In this document: in pieces, positions 1 to 13,642 of the stretch
Layout of the letters: each line of letters opens with the position of its first letter
Position numbering within the stretch: position 1 is the first letter of the stretch
NCBI RefSeq assembly: GCF_963921235.1
Contig: NC_086097.1
Span: 88,104,001-88,168,000 of the forward strand
Source of the DNA: Mobula hypostoma
Lineage: Eukaryota
Reading direction: 5' to 3'
DNA: 64,000 nt
Made by a program: the position numbers and the translations under genes
Notes under the pieces: generated by a model
What the model was told of the DNA's origin: nothing
Seen by the model: the letters and a program-made list of their open reading frames with translations, nothing else
Databases searched by the model: none

Positions 1-685
1 ACTCCCTATGCGACTCCCTTGTCCATTTGTCCCTCCCCACTGATCTCCCTCCTAGTACTTATCCTTGCAAGCAGGACAAGTGCTACACTTGCCCCTACAC
101 CTCCTCCCTCACTACCATTCAGGGCCCTAAACAGTCCTTCCAGGTGAGGTGACACTTCACCTGTGAGTCATATACTGTGCTCGGTGCCCCCAGTGTGGCC
201 TCCTGTATATCAGTGAAACACGACACGGATTGGGAGACCGCTTCAATGAGCACCTACACTCTGTCCGCCAGAAAAAGCAGGATTTCCCAGTGGCTACCCA
301 TTTTAATTCCACTTCCCATTCCCATTCCAATAAGTCTATCCGTGGTTTCCTCCACTGTCATGAAGAGGCCACACTCAGGTTGGAGGAACAACACCTTGTA
401 TTCTGTCTGGGTAGCCGCCAACCTGATGGCATGAACATCGATTTCTCAAACATCCGGTAATGCCTCCCCCCTTCACCTTTCACCATTTCACTCTCTGATC
501 TTATCTCCTTGGCCCCTCATCGACTCCCTCTGGTGCTCCTCGCCTCTTTTTCTTTCTTTCATGGTCTTCTTTCTCCTTCACCTATCGATTTCCAAGCTCT
601 CTGCTTCATCCTGCCCCTTCAGTTTTCACCTATCATCTTGTGTTTCTCTCTCCCCTGCCCCCACCGTTTAAATCTACTCCTCAGC
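1..685 (+). mobile_element. Penelope-like retroelement 3' part (GIY-YIG endonuclease remnant plus pyrimidine-rich tail)
   Basis: Broken frames give ET..RLGDRFNEHLHSVRQKKQDFPVATHFNS...LEEQHLVFCLGSRQPDGMNIDFS, ending at 460. Nearly the same sequence occurs at 58400-58870. Confidence 0.9.
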
Positions 686-1812
686 CCATTTGTCACAGTG
701 GAGGAGCAACTCGCGAGCACATAGGATGTCTCAATACTATCTCATGCAGAGATAGGCCTGTTACACTGCTTGGAGTACAGCATATTGTCTTAGGAACCAG
801 TTGAAGCACCTCTAGCCTCTTTATTGCAGGTTCCTCATACAATTTAGCCAAACAATTTTTCAGGTGCCATTTTGTCTTTTTACTGGTCCCATAGATTGAG
901 GGATGGTACAGGCAGACTGTGGTGCTTATACTGCAAGGCTTTTCTTAACCCTCTTAACTGTAAAGCATAATATACTCCTGTATAGCATAATTTATATGAG
1001 TATTATAGCTTCATCTCTTTCTCTGTCTTTTTCGCTGTCTCTGTCTTTCTCTCTCCCCCTCCCACCCACACTACCATAGCATTCACATATTCACAGTCAT
1101 CTGCACTTTGAAATTCCTTTTCTTACTCACACTCACACTCTTTTCTTGGGACCCGGTCCACAGGTACACTCGCAGGACCCGAGCCCCCTGTACTCTCCCC
1201 ACCCTTTTTTTTTTTACTCCTGCGGCTTTCCTCCATTAACACCCGTTTCTCAATCTGTCGCCGACTAATGTGATCCATACCTTGACTACTCCAAGCGGCA
1301 GGAAATTTGATTTCCAACAGCCGTCTCAGTCCTTTACTCCAATATGGGCTGCCTCGGATCTGGGACTGATCAGCTACGAGGGCACAATTTCGTTCTCCCA
1401 TATAATGAAGTCTAGGATTAGCCATCCCGGTGGAACCTCCACTAACCGTAGTCACCCATTAACTAGGTTCCAACAACTTGTACTTGTTCATCAATCATAC
1501 TTTATTTACCTGGTGCACAAGGATAACAGCCTGGCCCCTATCAGCACAGTGCGCTGATGTCTGAACAAAGAAATGTCATTTTTAAACAGAAATTGTATAC
1601 AAATATTGATGCAATAGAAACTTTGTACACTTCTGAATCTCGACATTTGCATAGTTAAGTACCAATCATAATACATACATCAGGTATTAATAACCAATTA
1701 AATTCACATTAAAGGCAATAATACTTGAGAACCAGTAAAATAACTGCCCAATCGTAAGAGTTGCCCTAGAATCCTTCATTTCCATCTTCATTTTGTCTTG
1801 GTATACCTAGTG

Positions 1813-2425
1813 GCTCCAAAGGTAGTCATAGCCGGAGGGTGGTAGTGGGGACGAGCTCCCACTGCTAAACAAATGCTCTTCATGGCATGCGTCTCAAACA
1901 GCCTCTGACAACTAAGTCCAACTCCTGGCCTTCACATGTGGCATAGTTCTTATGCCTGGAGGAGCTGTTCTCACGGACAGGAGAAGGGGCAAAGGCGAGC
2001 CACTGGCGCCTTAAAACCAGTTGCTCTGGGCAGATGGGGCTCGTTAACCATGGATGGTAGCTTATCTAGGAGAGGGAAAACTCTGATATCAAACCCTCGC
2101 TGCCTTGTGGCTATACCCGCTCACGGGAAAGGCTTGGGGAGTAAACCCCGAGGAAAGATCCGGAGTCGGAGTCCTGAAGGCGGCTGACTGCTGTACCCAG
2201 CACTGGCACAGCAACTCCTGCGATGCTGCTGGCACCAAACCGTACCGACTTTCATCGTTCCTTTGGACCTGTCATCAGCATGGGGGGGGGGGGTGGGTCC
2301 CACTGCATGGGCAACAGACGGATCTTCATATCAACTCTGCCCTGGCTTGCGCCCTGGAGAGGCCGCTCCCAGTGACTACCAGAGGAGCAGTACCCATGGT
2401 CGACCGCGACCGATGGAGGCCACAC
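1813..2425 (+). mobile_element. RTE-LINE 5'UTR-like non-autonomous retroelement
   Basis: GC-richer insert containing 'ctaggagagggaaaactctgatatcaaacc', which I recall from RTE 5' UTRs. Flanked by a 10-bp direct repeat ATACCTAGTG (1803-1812 and 2426-2435), a candidate TSD. Confidence 0.55.
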
Positions 2426-2519
2426 ATACCTAGTGAACTTGGTTCCAAGGCTTGAACAGAAAGACAGTACAAGGAGTCTGCATTCTGTTCAGTTAGCACA
2501 TTTTAACCCTTGCTTTGCT

Positions 2520-2780
2520 GCAATTTCCACAATTCCTCCCTTCCGTTCCCCGTAGGGCATCATTCAGCCTGTGGTGTGATGACAATCCTCCCAGGACCCC
2601 ATTTCCCAGTCAGATAAGAACACCTCACCTCCCCCTGCAGAATCCGGTATCCTTAACAACTGCACTGCTAATGGTTCCCCAGACTCCTGTCTGTACTGAT
2701 CCCCAACTCCACTAGTTCCTTGGACGAGTAATCTTTAATCACCACTGAAGTGGTCACGGTTTCAGGTTTCTCCTCGAGCC
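2520..2780 (-). pseudogene. Class III (ERV-L/ERV-S-like) endogenous retrovirus gag remnant
   Basis: Minus strand with two frameshifts: TVTTSVVIKDYSSKELVELG/DQYRQESGEPLAVQLLRIPDSAGGGEVFLSDWEM/LGGLSSHHRLNDALR. This resembles the Y(T/S)PxELxxLxxxYRQxxGExxxxWLLRxWD block of ERV-L-type Gag. Confidence 0.55.
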
Positions 2781-5234
2781 CCTACCCCCATGTTTAGGAT
2801 ACCCTAATTTCTCCTCTTTCTGAAAGATTGTTTCATGTTGTTTTAAATGGCCATCAGTAGCTAAACAGCCCCTCCCTGGCCCCCTTTCTCCAGGACACAA
2901 AATGGTGTCCCATCTTTACTGCTCAAGGATTCAGCTTGTCTGTCCAATCCACTGGTGCACCTTGGTCCACCAGCAAATTGGTCAGGCTGCCAAATGCCAC
3001 AGAGTTATCGGTCCACCCTGGTACTCCGCATGCTTTGCATGGGGACTCCTACTCTTACTCCTAAACAGTTTTGCTTTCTGCTGCACTCTCCAGATCCTTG
3101 CTGACTTTGCCAAATGTTATTCCAAAGGTTTTGCACAGACAGCTGGTAAGGCAGAAAGACAGAAATTTCCGTATCTGTTTTAAAGCTTCATTTATTAGAA
3201 CAGAACAGAACAAGTATTAAAATAATTATCTAGATCTGCATAGGACCTCCTCACTGCAGCACACCTCCCACTCTGCCTGATCTGTGGCATCTTTCATGAT
3301 CCAGCCCATCAGTGAGACCCTGGAGAAATTCCTTGGAGCACCCCGACTGTTCTACTTTTATACCCACTCCACTGATATGAAAAGCTACAGTAAGTGGACC
3401 AATACATAACACCAGATCAAACCACTGAACATCACCTGCCACCACTTGCCATGAGTCCCATCCCTGTGATCACCCAACTTTCATGTTCTCATGGTTGTAT
3501 TTTCACAGTAATATTGCATTTGAAAGCCATGGTGGTGAAGACATTAGACACTTCCAAAGATTAAATCTTTACAATAGATTCTATCCCTCGAATGTCACAA
3601 CCCCATTACATCCAGCCGGCAGGCTTCGATACAACCCCATGGAGGCCACACTATATTACAAACAAATCATAAATCTACTTATTAGAATAGCAAAATGGCT
3701 CCAGTAACACCTCAGTGCAGTACGATAGCCCACCAGCCTCCTAGCACTCCCAAGGGTCACCAATTGCCTCCCGGTGTGTAATGGCATAGGTGCCTCCTTT
3801 CTCTGCAAATGGAAAATCCAAAGCCATTCTATTCCGCAGGATGACTGTTCTCAGAACTATCACTTATACCAACAGTTAAGTCAGCACATTCTTTGAATAC
3901 TCCAGAGCTTAAGACATCTCATTGGCTAATGTCTCCATTGCAGACCCCATGGATAACATTTCCCAGGACAGCCACGTGATTACACAGGCTGAGGAGACTT
4001 AATCATGCAAAATCAGTCTGGATAATAAATTTTTTCGAAGTCTGGATCCCTCACCTCAGAATTTTCTTTTGTTTATGATATACCGCTTGAAGCTGAACAC
4101 AAATATAATTTCAGACTACTTGCATCACGTAGGAATTCGAAGAAATAATAAATTAACTTTTACTGAATAGAATGTGTTTAATTTCAAAACGGAGCTGATG
4201 CTTTGCAATAGTTCAACTAAGCTAAGAAAGCTTTGTTGATGATTTTCATTTGTACTCAGTGTCTGAGGCTTCTCATTTAAGTGTCTGACAATAACCAAGC
4301 AGCATTGATGGATTCCATTTGCTCTGATGCTTCTACTTTTGTACCCACTCCACTGATACGAAATGCTGCCAATCAATTAGCAGCAGCTCAGACCACCAAA
4401 CCAGAACCAATCATCTCCTGTCACCACTCTTCAGGAACACCACCTCTGTGACTTCTGTGTTCTCACAGCTGCATCCTCATGGTTGCCATCGAAGCTTCTG
4501 GATCTGGTCATGGTGATGAAAACATTCGACACGCACAAAGGGTTTGAGTCTTCTGATCAAACATCTACTATTATATCCAGTGTTAATGTATTTCCACTTT
4601 TCCAGTTTAACTGAAAATTAAAAAGCTTTAAATGGTGGAAATGAGATTTTAAAAAAGAGCTAGCATGCCAGGCAGTGTCTGTGGAGAGATAAACAGAATT
4701 AATGTCGACTCTCCCAGCATCAGCTGGCTGGTGGTGCAGTGGCATCTGCACCGGATTTCAAGGTGAATGGTCCTGGGTTTGAACCCGGCCATCTCCTTGC
4801 AGGCTTTCCATCCATGCCAAGTTGAGCATCTCACCAGCTAAAAAACAGGCAGTAGCTAAAGAAATGGCAAAGTGCACCGCAAGGTGCGGAGAGGAACTCA
4901 ACTCCCAGCAATGGGAGGCGGTTAATTTTTTCCTCCTCCTCTTGAATTCATACTTGTAAATGCAACTGATTGAATTATGAATCATTTGCACCGCAAGAAG
5001 ATTAACAAGGAACGAGTGAAATGCTTTAACGATGCTTCACTGCCTCTTCAAGAAAAAAAGTTTTATGTCTCCATCAAGCTGTGGGCTCATGACTGCATCT
5101 GACATTGCACTGATAAACTTTTAGTCTTACATGGCAAGCACACAGGAGGCCATCGTAAATGACAGGAGGAACATACAGCTTCCCAAAGAACTCAACCACA
5201 CCATCGATTGCCCTTTGCTCCACCAGAAGAAGTT

Positions 5235-5770
5235 CTGCTTGAAGAAGTTCAGCATGAGTCCCCAAATCCTAAGGACTTTCTACAGGTGCACAATTGAGAG
5301 CATCCTGACTGGCTGTATCACTGCCTGGTATGGGAACTGCACTTCCCTCAATCGCAGGACTCTGCAGAGAGTGGTGCGGACAGCCCAGTGCATCTGTGGA
5401 TTTGAACTTCCCACTATTCAGGACATTAACAGTGACAAGTGCATAAAAAGGGCCCAAAGGATCATTGGACCTGAGTCACCCAACCACAAATTGTTCCAGC
5501 TGCTACCATCTGGGAAATGGTACCGCTGTTTTAAAGCCAGGGCCAACAGGCTCCGGGACAGCTTCTTCCAGCAGGCCATCAGACTGTTAATTCACACTGA
5601 CACAATTGTATTTCTAAGCTATATTGACTGTTCTGTTATATATCTTACTGTACATACTATTTATTACAAGTAACTATAATGTGTAATCACATTACACATT
5701 CAGACGGAGATGCACCATAAAGATTTTTACTCCTCATGCATATAAAGGATGTAAGAAATAAAGTCAATTC
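5235..5770 (+). mobile_element. Rex1/Babar-like LINE 3' end
   Basis: LKKFSMSPQILRTFYRCTIESILTGCITAWYG...HKLFQLLPSGKWYR...RLRDSFFQQAIRLL is the typical C-terminus after the RT. The 3'UTR ends 'aataaagtcaattcagttca'. Confidence 0.85.
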
Positions 5771-6329
5771 AGTTCAAAGTCCATGGGTCTTGTATTTGTC
5801 TCATCAGTCAACTCAAAATCAACTGTCCTAGGGTGGAAATAAGTCATTTTGAACCTTGATGGTGACCTAGGAAAATTGATGAAGGAGGAACTCGGAAATA
5901 AAATTGCTTTAAAAAATGAAACTTTCTTTCTATAAAAAAAGAGTTCAGACTATGTTAGGTTGTTAGGTTAATGTTGCTATCAATAGCTGCTGATTCAGTT
6001 TTCTCATTCATTAAATATTAAAGGATGTTCCTCTGCATTAATAACAGGTGTATTCAAAATGCTCTGAACTGGACTTCAACAACATGGTCAGTAACTGATG
6101 TTCCCTGAGTGCCAGGGTGAAAGTATACAGTGGATTTGCAATGTCAGTGTCTGACCCATTACAATACATGGTGCCATACCCGAAGTCTAATTTACAAAGT
6201 AAAATGCTGCAGTGTAAGAAAAATTAGATGACAAAAGCAAAAAAAAACCTGGAAAAACTCAGCAGGTAAGGCAACATCTATAGAGAGAAACAGAATTAAC
6301 AGACACATCCATACATGTATATATGTATA

Positions 6330-7470
6330 CAGTGCCTGTAAAAGTATTCAGCTCCTAACTGTTTGTTCACATAAATGAGTATTACAACCAGAGATTTTGA
6401 TCAATTTAACTGAGATTTTTTATTGTGAACCACATGTTTCTTATTTCACAGTAGTGCCCAAAAGAACAGGGAAAATTGCAAAGCAATTCACAATTTTCAA
6501 ATAAAGTTAGGGAGCAGTGGTGGACAACAATCATGAGGTCTCGCCAGAGATGTTCAATTGGGTTAAGGTCAGGACTCTGACTGGGCCATTAAGGATATCA
6601 ATTTTCTTCATTTGAAGCAACTCCTTGGTTACTCTGGCAGTGTGCTTTGAGTCATTGTCTTGCTTAAAGACGAACTTCTTCTCCAGTTTAAGCTTTCTGG
6701 CAAAAGCTAGCAGGTTTTTATCTAGGATCTCTCTGTATTTTGCAGCATTCATTCATCTTCTCATCAATTCTGACCAGATTTCCAGTCCTTGCTGCTGAAA
6801 AGCATCTCCATAGCATGATGCTACCTCCACATACTTTACAGTAGGGATGGTGTTACCTGGCTGATGTGCAGTATTAGATATATGCCACACATAACACCTA
6901 CGGTTGAGGCCTAAAAGTTCTACCTTAGTCTCATCCAAACACAAGACCTTCTTCCACATCCTCCTGGTATTTTCTAAGTGACACTTTACGGGCAAGGATA
7001 TGCATTTTTTTTTTAGCCAAGACTTCTTCCTTGCCACTCTTCCATAAATACCCTTAGAGACAGTGGAGACATGAACTTCATCTCCAGTTGCAGCCACTGA
7101 CTTCTGCAGCTCATTCAGAGTGACTGCTGACATCACAGTAGCCTCTTTTACAAGTGTCATTCTTCTCCAGCAACTAAACAATTAGAGGAGCAGCCTGACT
7201 CTAAGCAGTGTGGCTGCGGTTCCACATTTTTTCCACCTTTTCGCAATGGACTGCATTGAGGTCAGAGATACGTTCAGTGCCTTTGAGATGGTCTTGTGCC
7301 CTTCCCCAGATCTGTGCTCCTCTATTATCATTTTCCTGACTTGTCTTGAACACACTTCTCTCTTCATTTTCGTTTGGTCTGTTGGAAATCTACCATGCTG
7401 TTGGACCTTAAAGAGAGAGGGTGTATTTATTCTTATGAATTCATTAAAACAGGTGACACTGCAATCTCCT
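6330..7470 (-). mobile_element. Tc1-family DNA transposon, degraded, one end lost
   Basis: TA-CAGTGCCTGTAAAAGTATTCA end at 6330. Three collinear minus ORFs (7182-7499, 6753-7181, 6531-6752) carry the paired-like HTH, LDETKVELLG and FKQDNDSKHT. Confidence 0.9.
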
Positions 7471-7471
7471 A

Positions 7472-7997
7472 CAGTATTGTGCAAAAGTCTTAGGTACATA
7501 TATAGTGCAAAAGTGCCTTAGAGCTTTACACTGCTCTGTAGTAATTTTATGTATTGCACTGTACTGCTGCTGCAAAAAAATCATATGTGAGTGATGATAA
7601 ACCTAATTCTGATATGGGTCTCTACTGTGGATTGAGAGTGGGAAGGGGGCAGAGAGAGGGGAATCATGTTTGGGAAAAGGGGAAGGGAGAGGGAAGGGAG
7701 CGGGAAGCACCAGAGAGACATACTGTAATGATCAATAAACCAACTGCTTGGAATGACCTTTCCTTGGGTCTCAGGGCTGGGTGTGCCTGCACCTATGCCA
7801 ACCCCACCCCTGGCATTCCTTCTCTGCCACCTGTCCCACACCCTCCCATGGCACTCCAACCTCACCACTCCCAACATCCTTTGCTCCCGTCAGATTTACA
7901 AACACGCTCTCTGTTCCACATTGACAAATATAATACTAAGCAGAAGTCTTCAGCATTCTAGCTATTTATATGTACCCAAGACATTTGCACAGTACTG
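7472..7997. mobile_element. Tc1/mariner-type MITE with composite interior
   Basis: Inverted ends CAGTATTGTGCAAAAGTCTTAGGTACATATA and TATATGTACCCAAGACATTTGCACAGTACTG, with TA on the left. Confidence 0.7.
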
Positions 7998-8023
7998 TTT
8001 ATATGTGTGTATACATGTATGCT

Positions 8024-8027
<4 letters not shown>

Positions 8028-8068
<41 letters not shown>
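8028..8068. repeat. (TG)n microsatellite
   Basis: About 20 TG units, seen directly. Confidence 0.98.
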
Positions 8069-8070
<2 letters not shown>

Positions 8071-11000
8071 ACCCATGCAATACTGTTGAAGCTCAGTTGC
8101 TGTTTATAAATGACACAATACCATTGTTCAGTACCACTGCAATGGAATAACACGCATTCATTATTCTAGATGTTGCCGAATTTGGTGGGCGATGGAAAAA
8201 AAACTGTAAATTGACAGCTCAGCCTTGATGAGGCTGAATTACCTCCTGTTGATCCCAATCTCTACACACAACTGTTCACAGGCTCATTGGTCCACTTGTT
8301 TAGTGCGTACTTGACTGGAAAATTGAAATCACAAGTGAGGTGCTGTTGCTGGTCACAATGCTGGCAGGGCCTCAGGAAGAATGAGGAGGACTTGGTCTTT
8401 CCATTCAAGCAATCGCACCCAACATCGACAGCTCACTATTAGACTTGTGAACGGTCCAAAAGACATTCAGCAACCCCTTGACTCATTACAGCTATTATTT
8501 TCCATGGACAAAATCTCATTTGAATGGTATCCCTGGAAATCAATTGTTAACTCACTCTCGCACAAGTAGGGGTAGTTAGAGAGAATATAGGTGTGGATGG
8601 TTAGAGAGAATATAGTCCTGGAGCTGACTTCATCAGCAAAACTTTACACAGGCTACAACAACATTGCTTTCTACAAAGTAAATAGGAAAAGACCGGAGTG
8701 AACAAAGAAAATTTCAAATTTTGTTAAATGTTGAGTTGGGGTTGGTTCTGATTATTACCTTCCTGAAGATTAGTTTTACTTTTGAACACAGTCACAGTCA
8801 ATGTTTGAGTGATTCACGCTAGATATTTCCCTCTGTTCATTAAGATTCATGTTTTTCTAACTGAATATTAATGTTTTTGTCATGCTGCCACAAATGTCCT
8901 TGGAGTTTTTGGATTGAGGGAATGTAACAAAAATGAATTTTAAATCAAGGAGTTGATTCCTACACCACGTATTCTTTGAGAAATTGTGTTTGTATTATTT
9001 CGATCTTCTTTGAAGCCTTAGTTATTTTCTCTCGAGCATTTCTTTACTGTTGATAGTAGAAAAAGGAAAAGAAAGTAAACAAATTACATACTTAAAAATA
9101 GATGTCTGATTTCATTTGAAATTGGAATGTGGATGTTTGTAATGGAATCGTCATTACTCTGGCAATTCTTCTTTATATATTTGAAATTATGGAGAGCATT
9201 CAGAGCACCAAAGCTGCCCTTGAAACTGAATACAATGCAAGCAGTGCCTGAGGCACTGATGTGAATACATAGTTATTGATTTTCACTGTTTATTGTGGAC
9301 CTTGTGTGTTTCTCATGGAATGAAATCTATGGGCTTTCCTTTTTACAAGCATATCACAATCTACAGTGACCTCTAATCCACCAATGGTTATTCTCCAGTG
9401 GCTAGTCAGCCTCAGAGCTAATGCCAATACACGATACTCTAATCAAATGAGCCTTTGGCTTTGGAAGAATTCCTTCCAACTTGCTGTGGAATTTATTAGT
9501 TGTTTCTGAAAGGCAGAGGGCAGAGGGACAGTGATTGGTCACATTTCAATTTGTGCAACTGAATAACTGTTAAAGTGTGGGTGAGATGTGAAATGTGTGT
9601 GCACCACAGTGAGTGTGTGAATGGAACAGGGCTCCTGACGTCACACTGTTCTGCAAGAAACAGTAGCATGCATCAGTGAGTCAGATGTAATATACTGTGG
9701 TGGTGGATTAGGGAAAGTTTCAAAACTATTTGACCTCTGTAACCACACTAAATTTTTAAAAATCAACATTGCATCTTCATAGAAAAGCAATAAACTGTAT
9801 GTCTGACCATTCCTAATTTGATTAGGTTAATTATATTGAATCCACAAAAATTGTAACTTACTATAAGTAAATTCATCTGTGTGGTTGCCGCAGTCATCTT
9901 TGATTACATGTGTGACACTATTAAAATTCTTGTGGCTGTGGATTAAGTTCAGGGGCATCATTCCCAACTTCTTCCCCATTCTATTTCACCTTGCTCTGGG
10001 TGGCCTTACTGAAATCTCCAGTGTACACATCCACTTTGAGTGGTTGATGTCTCTCACCGAGATTTCAATGCCATTAACCATTTCTGTCCCAGTCCTGCCA
10101 TTCCCCTGCATTGCACATTTGCCACCAAGGATGGTTTAGTGTTCACCCTTCCTTTCAGAAGTAAGGGTTTGATCTTGGCCATCATTAACTAATTTCATCA
10201 GAGCTGAGGAAATTACTCACGTCTCTCATGAGCTAATAGGGAGATGGAAGTGATTGGCATGAGTAGCAGTTACTGAAACCACAGCGCATCCTTCTATGGG
10301 CAATGAAATTTCTAGTGCTATTTCTTGTAACTGGAATGGCACCAAGCAGAGGACATTGATACAAGGCGATTATTGAAAGAATTCCAAGATAGAACATGAC
10401 AAGAATTCTTTTGCAGTGCATTTCATAAAGGAGTGGTGAAAATATTCAATACATTTTTAAATGAAAACCGGATGAATACTTGAAGAACAAAATGTTACCA
10501 GGCTACAGAGAAGAGGCATTTGAAGGGTCTAACTTGATTTCTCTTTCACAAAGCCTAAATGGCTTAACCTGCTGAATGCCCATTGTATTTAATACTTGTC
10601 CATGGTTCCATTAATGTCAAGTGAGTGCCGTGCTCTGATTATGTCCTCCATTTCTACCCATGATATAGACTCCTTATATTATTGGGCTGTTTATCAGAGG
10701 AATTAATTGGCTCTCTTCTGTGAATGGCAAGTTAGAATAGTTGTTTATATTGCAGCCTGAGGCAATGCATTCAGATTCAGGAGTGAGAATGAGAGCATAA
10801 TTGCATCCAGAATGAAAATGCATGGATTAATTTTGGTTAATTTAAGAGTAAATTACGGTTTTGCAGACTCTTTATAAATCACCTGAACTATTTTGAAAAG
10901 ATCTCATGTTAATTTTTATCACTTTATTGCTTTTCTGTGAAGACACAATGTAGATCAGAGTAGTTTTTAATTTAATAGGGTCAAAGGTGAAATAGTTAAG

Positions 11001-13642
11001 AGTTTTTTTTCCTAATCTATCATCAAAATATATTACATAACTCTCTTTGGTGCTCATACTATTTCTTGCTGACTGCCAGTTGTTTAACTGGAGGCAGAAT
11101 TTATTACTTAATTTCTTCCCCATCATACTCTGTCCTCTGCTCTACAGTTTGTAATTAGAGGAGACATGTACAGTGACATACAAAAGTTTGGGCACCCCTG
11201 GTCAAAATTTCTGTTACTGTGAATAGCTAAGCGAGTAAAAGATGACCTGATTTCCAAAAGGCATAAAGTTAAAGATGACACATTTCTTTAATATTTTAAA
11301 CAAGATTACTTTTGTATTTCCATCTTTTACAGTTTCAAAATAACAAAAAAAGGATAAGGGCCCAAAGCAAAAGTTTGGGCACCCTGCATGGTCAGTACTT
11401 AGTAACATCCCCTTTGGCAAGTATCACAGCTTGTAAACGCTTTCTGTAGCCAGCTAAGAGTCTTTCAGTTCTTGTTTGGGGGATTTTCACCCATTCTTCC
11501 TTGCAAAAGGCTTCTAGTTCTGTGAGATTCTTGGGCCGTCTTGCATGCACTGCTCTTTTGAGGTCTATCCACAGATTTTCGATGATGTTTAGGTCAGGGG
11601 ACTGTGAGCGCCATGGCAAAACCTTCAGCTTGCGCCTCTTGAGGTAGTCCATCGTGGATTTTGAGGTGTGTTTAGGATCATTATCCTGTTGTAGAAGCCA
11701 TCCTCTTTTCATCTTCAGCTTTTTTACAGACGGTGTGATGTTTGCTTCCAGAATTTGCTGGTATTTAATTGAATTCATTCTTCCCTCTACCAGTGAAATG
11801 TTCTCCTTGCCACTGGCTGGAACACAAGCCCAAAGCATGATTGATTCATCCCTGTGCTTAACAGTTGGAGAGGTGTTCTTTTCATGAAATTCTGCACCCT
11901 TTTTTCTCCAAACACACTGTAGTAACTTCTACTTTGAAAAAGGCACACTCGCTAACTTCATGCCCAAGAAACAACTTTATCTCGAACTTCAAAACCGTTA
12001 TGTATATACAGAGGTTTTCACAACCCGTACGGCATGGCAGGAACACTATATACAAAGCACACCAGAAGTAAAAAGAACGGAAGTTAAAACCCTCCATTAT
12101 CCTAATCAATATTAAATTACTTTAAATAATGCTCACGTTACAACACTTCTCCCCCTTTAAAATCCATCATCCCCAAATGTAAAAAACTAGGAAATAAAAA
12201 CAGTGATGTTATTAACTTGCGTACCCCTGAAAACTTATACTAGTATCTCAGCAACAGTTTACCAATACAAAACATATGTAAAACGTGACAGATTCAACAT
12301 TCAATCTAACAACAATGAAAAAAGAACTGTCCTGTCAAAGATTCAGTCTGTCAGGAGGTTTATGAGTGTGCTGTGATCTGCGCACTACCCCTGGTGACCC
12401 AGCAGGTACAGCTGGTGAGGGTGTTTTGGGTGGATCTGGTGTTGGGGGCATGAGAGGGGTCTGTGTGTCTGCGTGAGAATGTCCATCCTCCTCAGGGGAC
12501 CCTGATCCCTCTGCCAGCGTCTCGCCCTCTGGCAAAGTCACTGGTGGACATGCTTCCGCCGTAGTCTGTCTCACAAATGGAAACTCCATGGAACTGTCTG
12601 CCTCTGAGCCGGTATCATGACGTAGGCGCACATTGTCCTGATGTCTGCGGAAAACACGCCCATCAGTCAGCTTAACAACATAGGAGACAGGACCACTCTG
12701 CTTAAGAATAACCCCAGGCAGCCATTGCTGATTGTTTCTCACATTGTCATCCGGTTTTAACTGCCTCTCTCGCGCATGTCGATCATGTCCCTCCTTCTGC
12801 TTTTCCTGCTTTCTCTTCACTTTGGCCTTCGTGTCCGGGCGCAGCAGGTCCAATCTTGACTTGCACCTACGCCCCATCAGCAGCTCTGCTGGAGTGCGGG
12901 CAGTTGTAGTCTGTGGCGTGAGGCGGTATTTAAACAGGAAACGTGAAAGTCAAATGCTAAGAGAGTCTCCTGTCATCCGCTTCAAGCCTTCCTTCACTGT
13001 CTGAACAGCCGCTCAGCCAAACCATTGGAGGCTGGGTGGAAAGGGGCGTCTGAATGTGATGAATGCCATTCTGCTGCATGAACTCATTGAACAGCTCACT
13101 GGTGAACGTCGAGCCATTATCAGTGACCAGAGTGTCAGGCAACCCGTGGACTGCAAACACTTGCCTGAGTTTGTCTATGGTTGAGGGGGCTGTGATGTTG
13201 CTCATGATGTGAGCTCGATCCATTTAGAATACGCATCTACCATTACAAGAAACATCTGCCCCATAAAAGGACCAGCAAAGTCCAAATGTAGCCTAGGCCA
13301 GGGGTGGTCTGGCCACTCCCATGAGTGCAAAGGAGCTGGTGGTGGCATATTCTGATTAGTCTGACATTGCGTGCATGATTTTACCTTGTTCTCCAGATCC
13401 TGATCCATTCTTGGCCACCAAACGTAGGATCTTGCAAGGCTTTTCATTCGAGACACCCCTGGGTGAGTCTCATGAATTTCCTCCACAATCTGTGAATGGC
13501 CGGGGGAGGCACAATGACCCTCGCCCCCCCCCCAGAAAATGCAGCCATCCTGCAGACTGAGTTCTGTCTTGCGTTTGGCATAAGGCCTCAGTTCCTCTCC
13601 TTCCACAACTCTGGGCCAACCTTGTCAAAGAAAAGTCTTGAC

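Noticed and set aside
1123..1455. 110-aa minus-strand ORF, possibly retroviral
   Set aside because: It has no diagnostic motif; only its position near the gag remnant suggests this.
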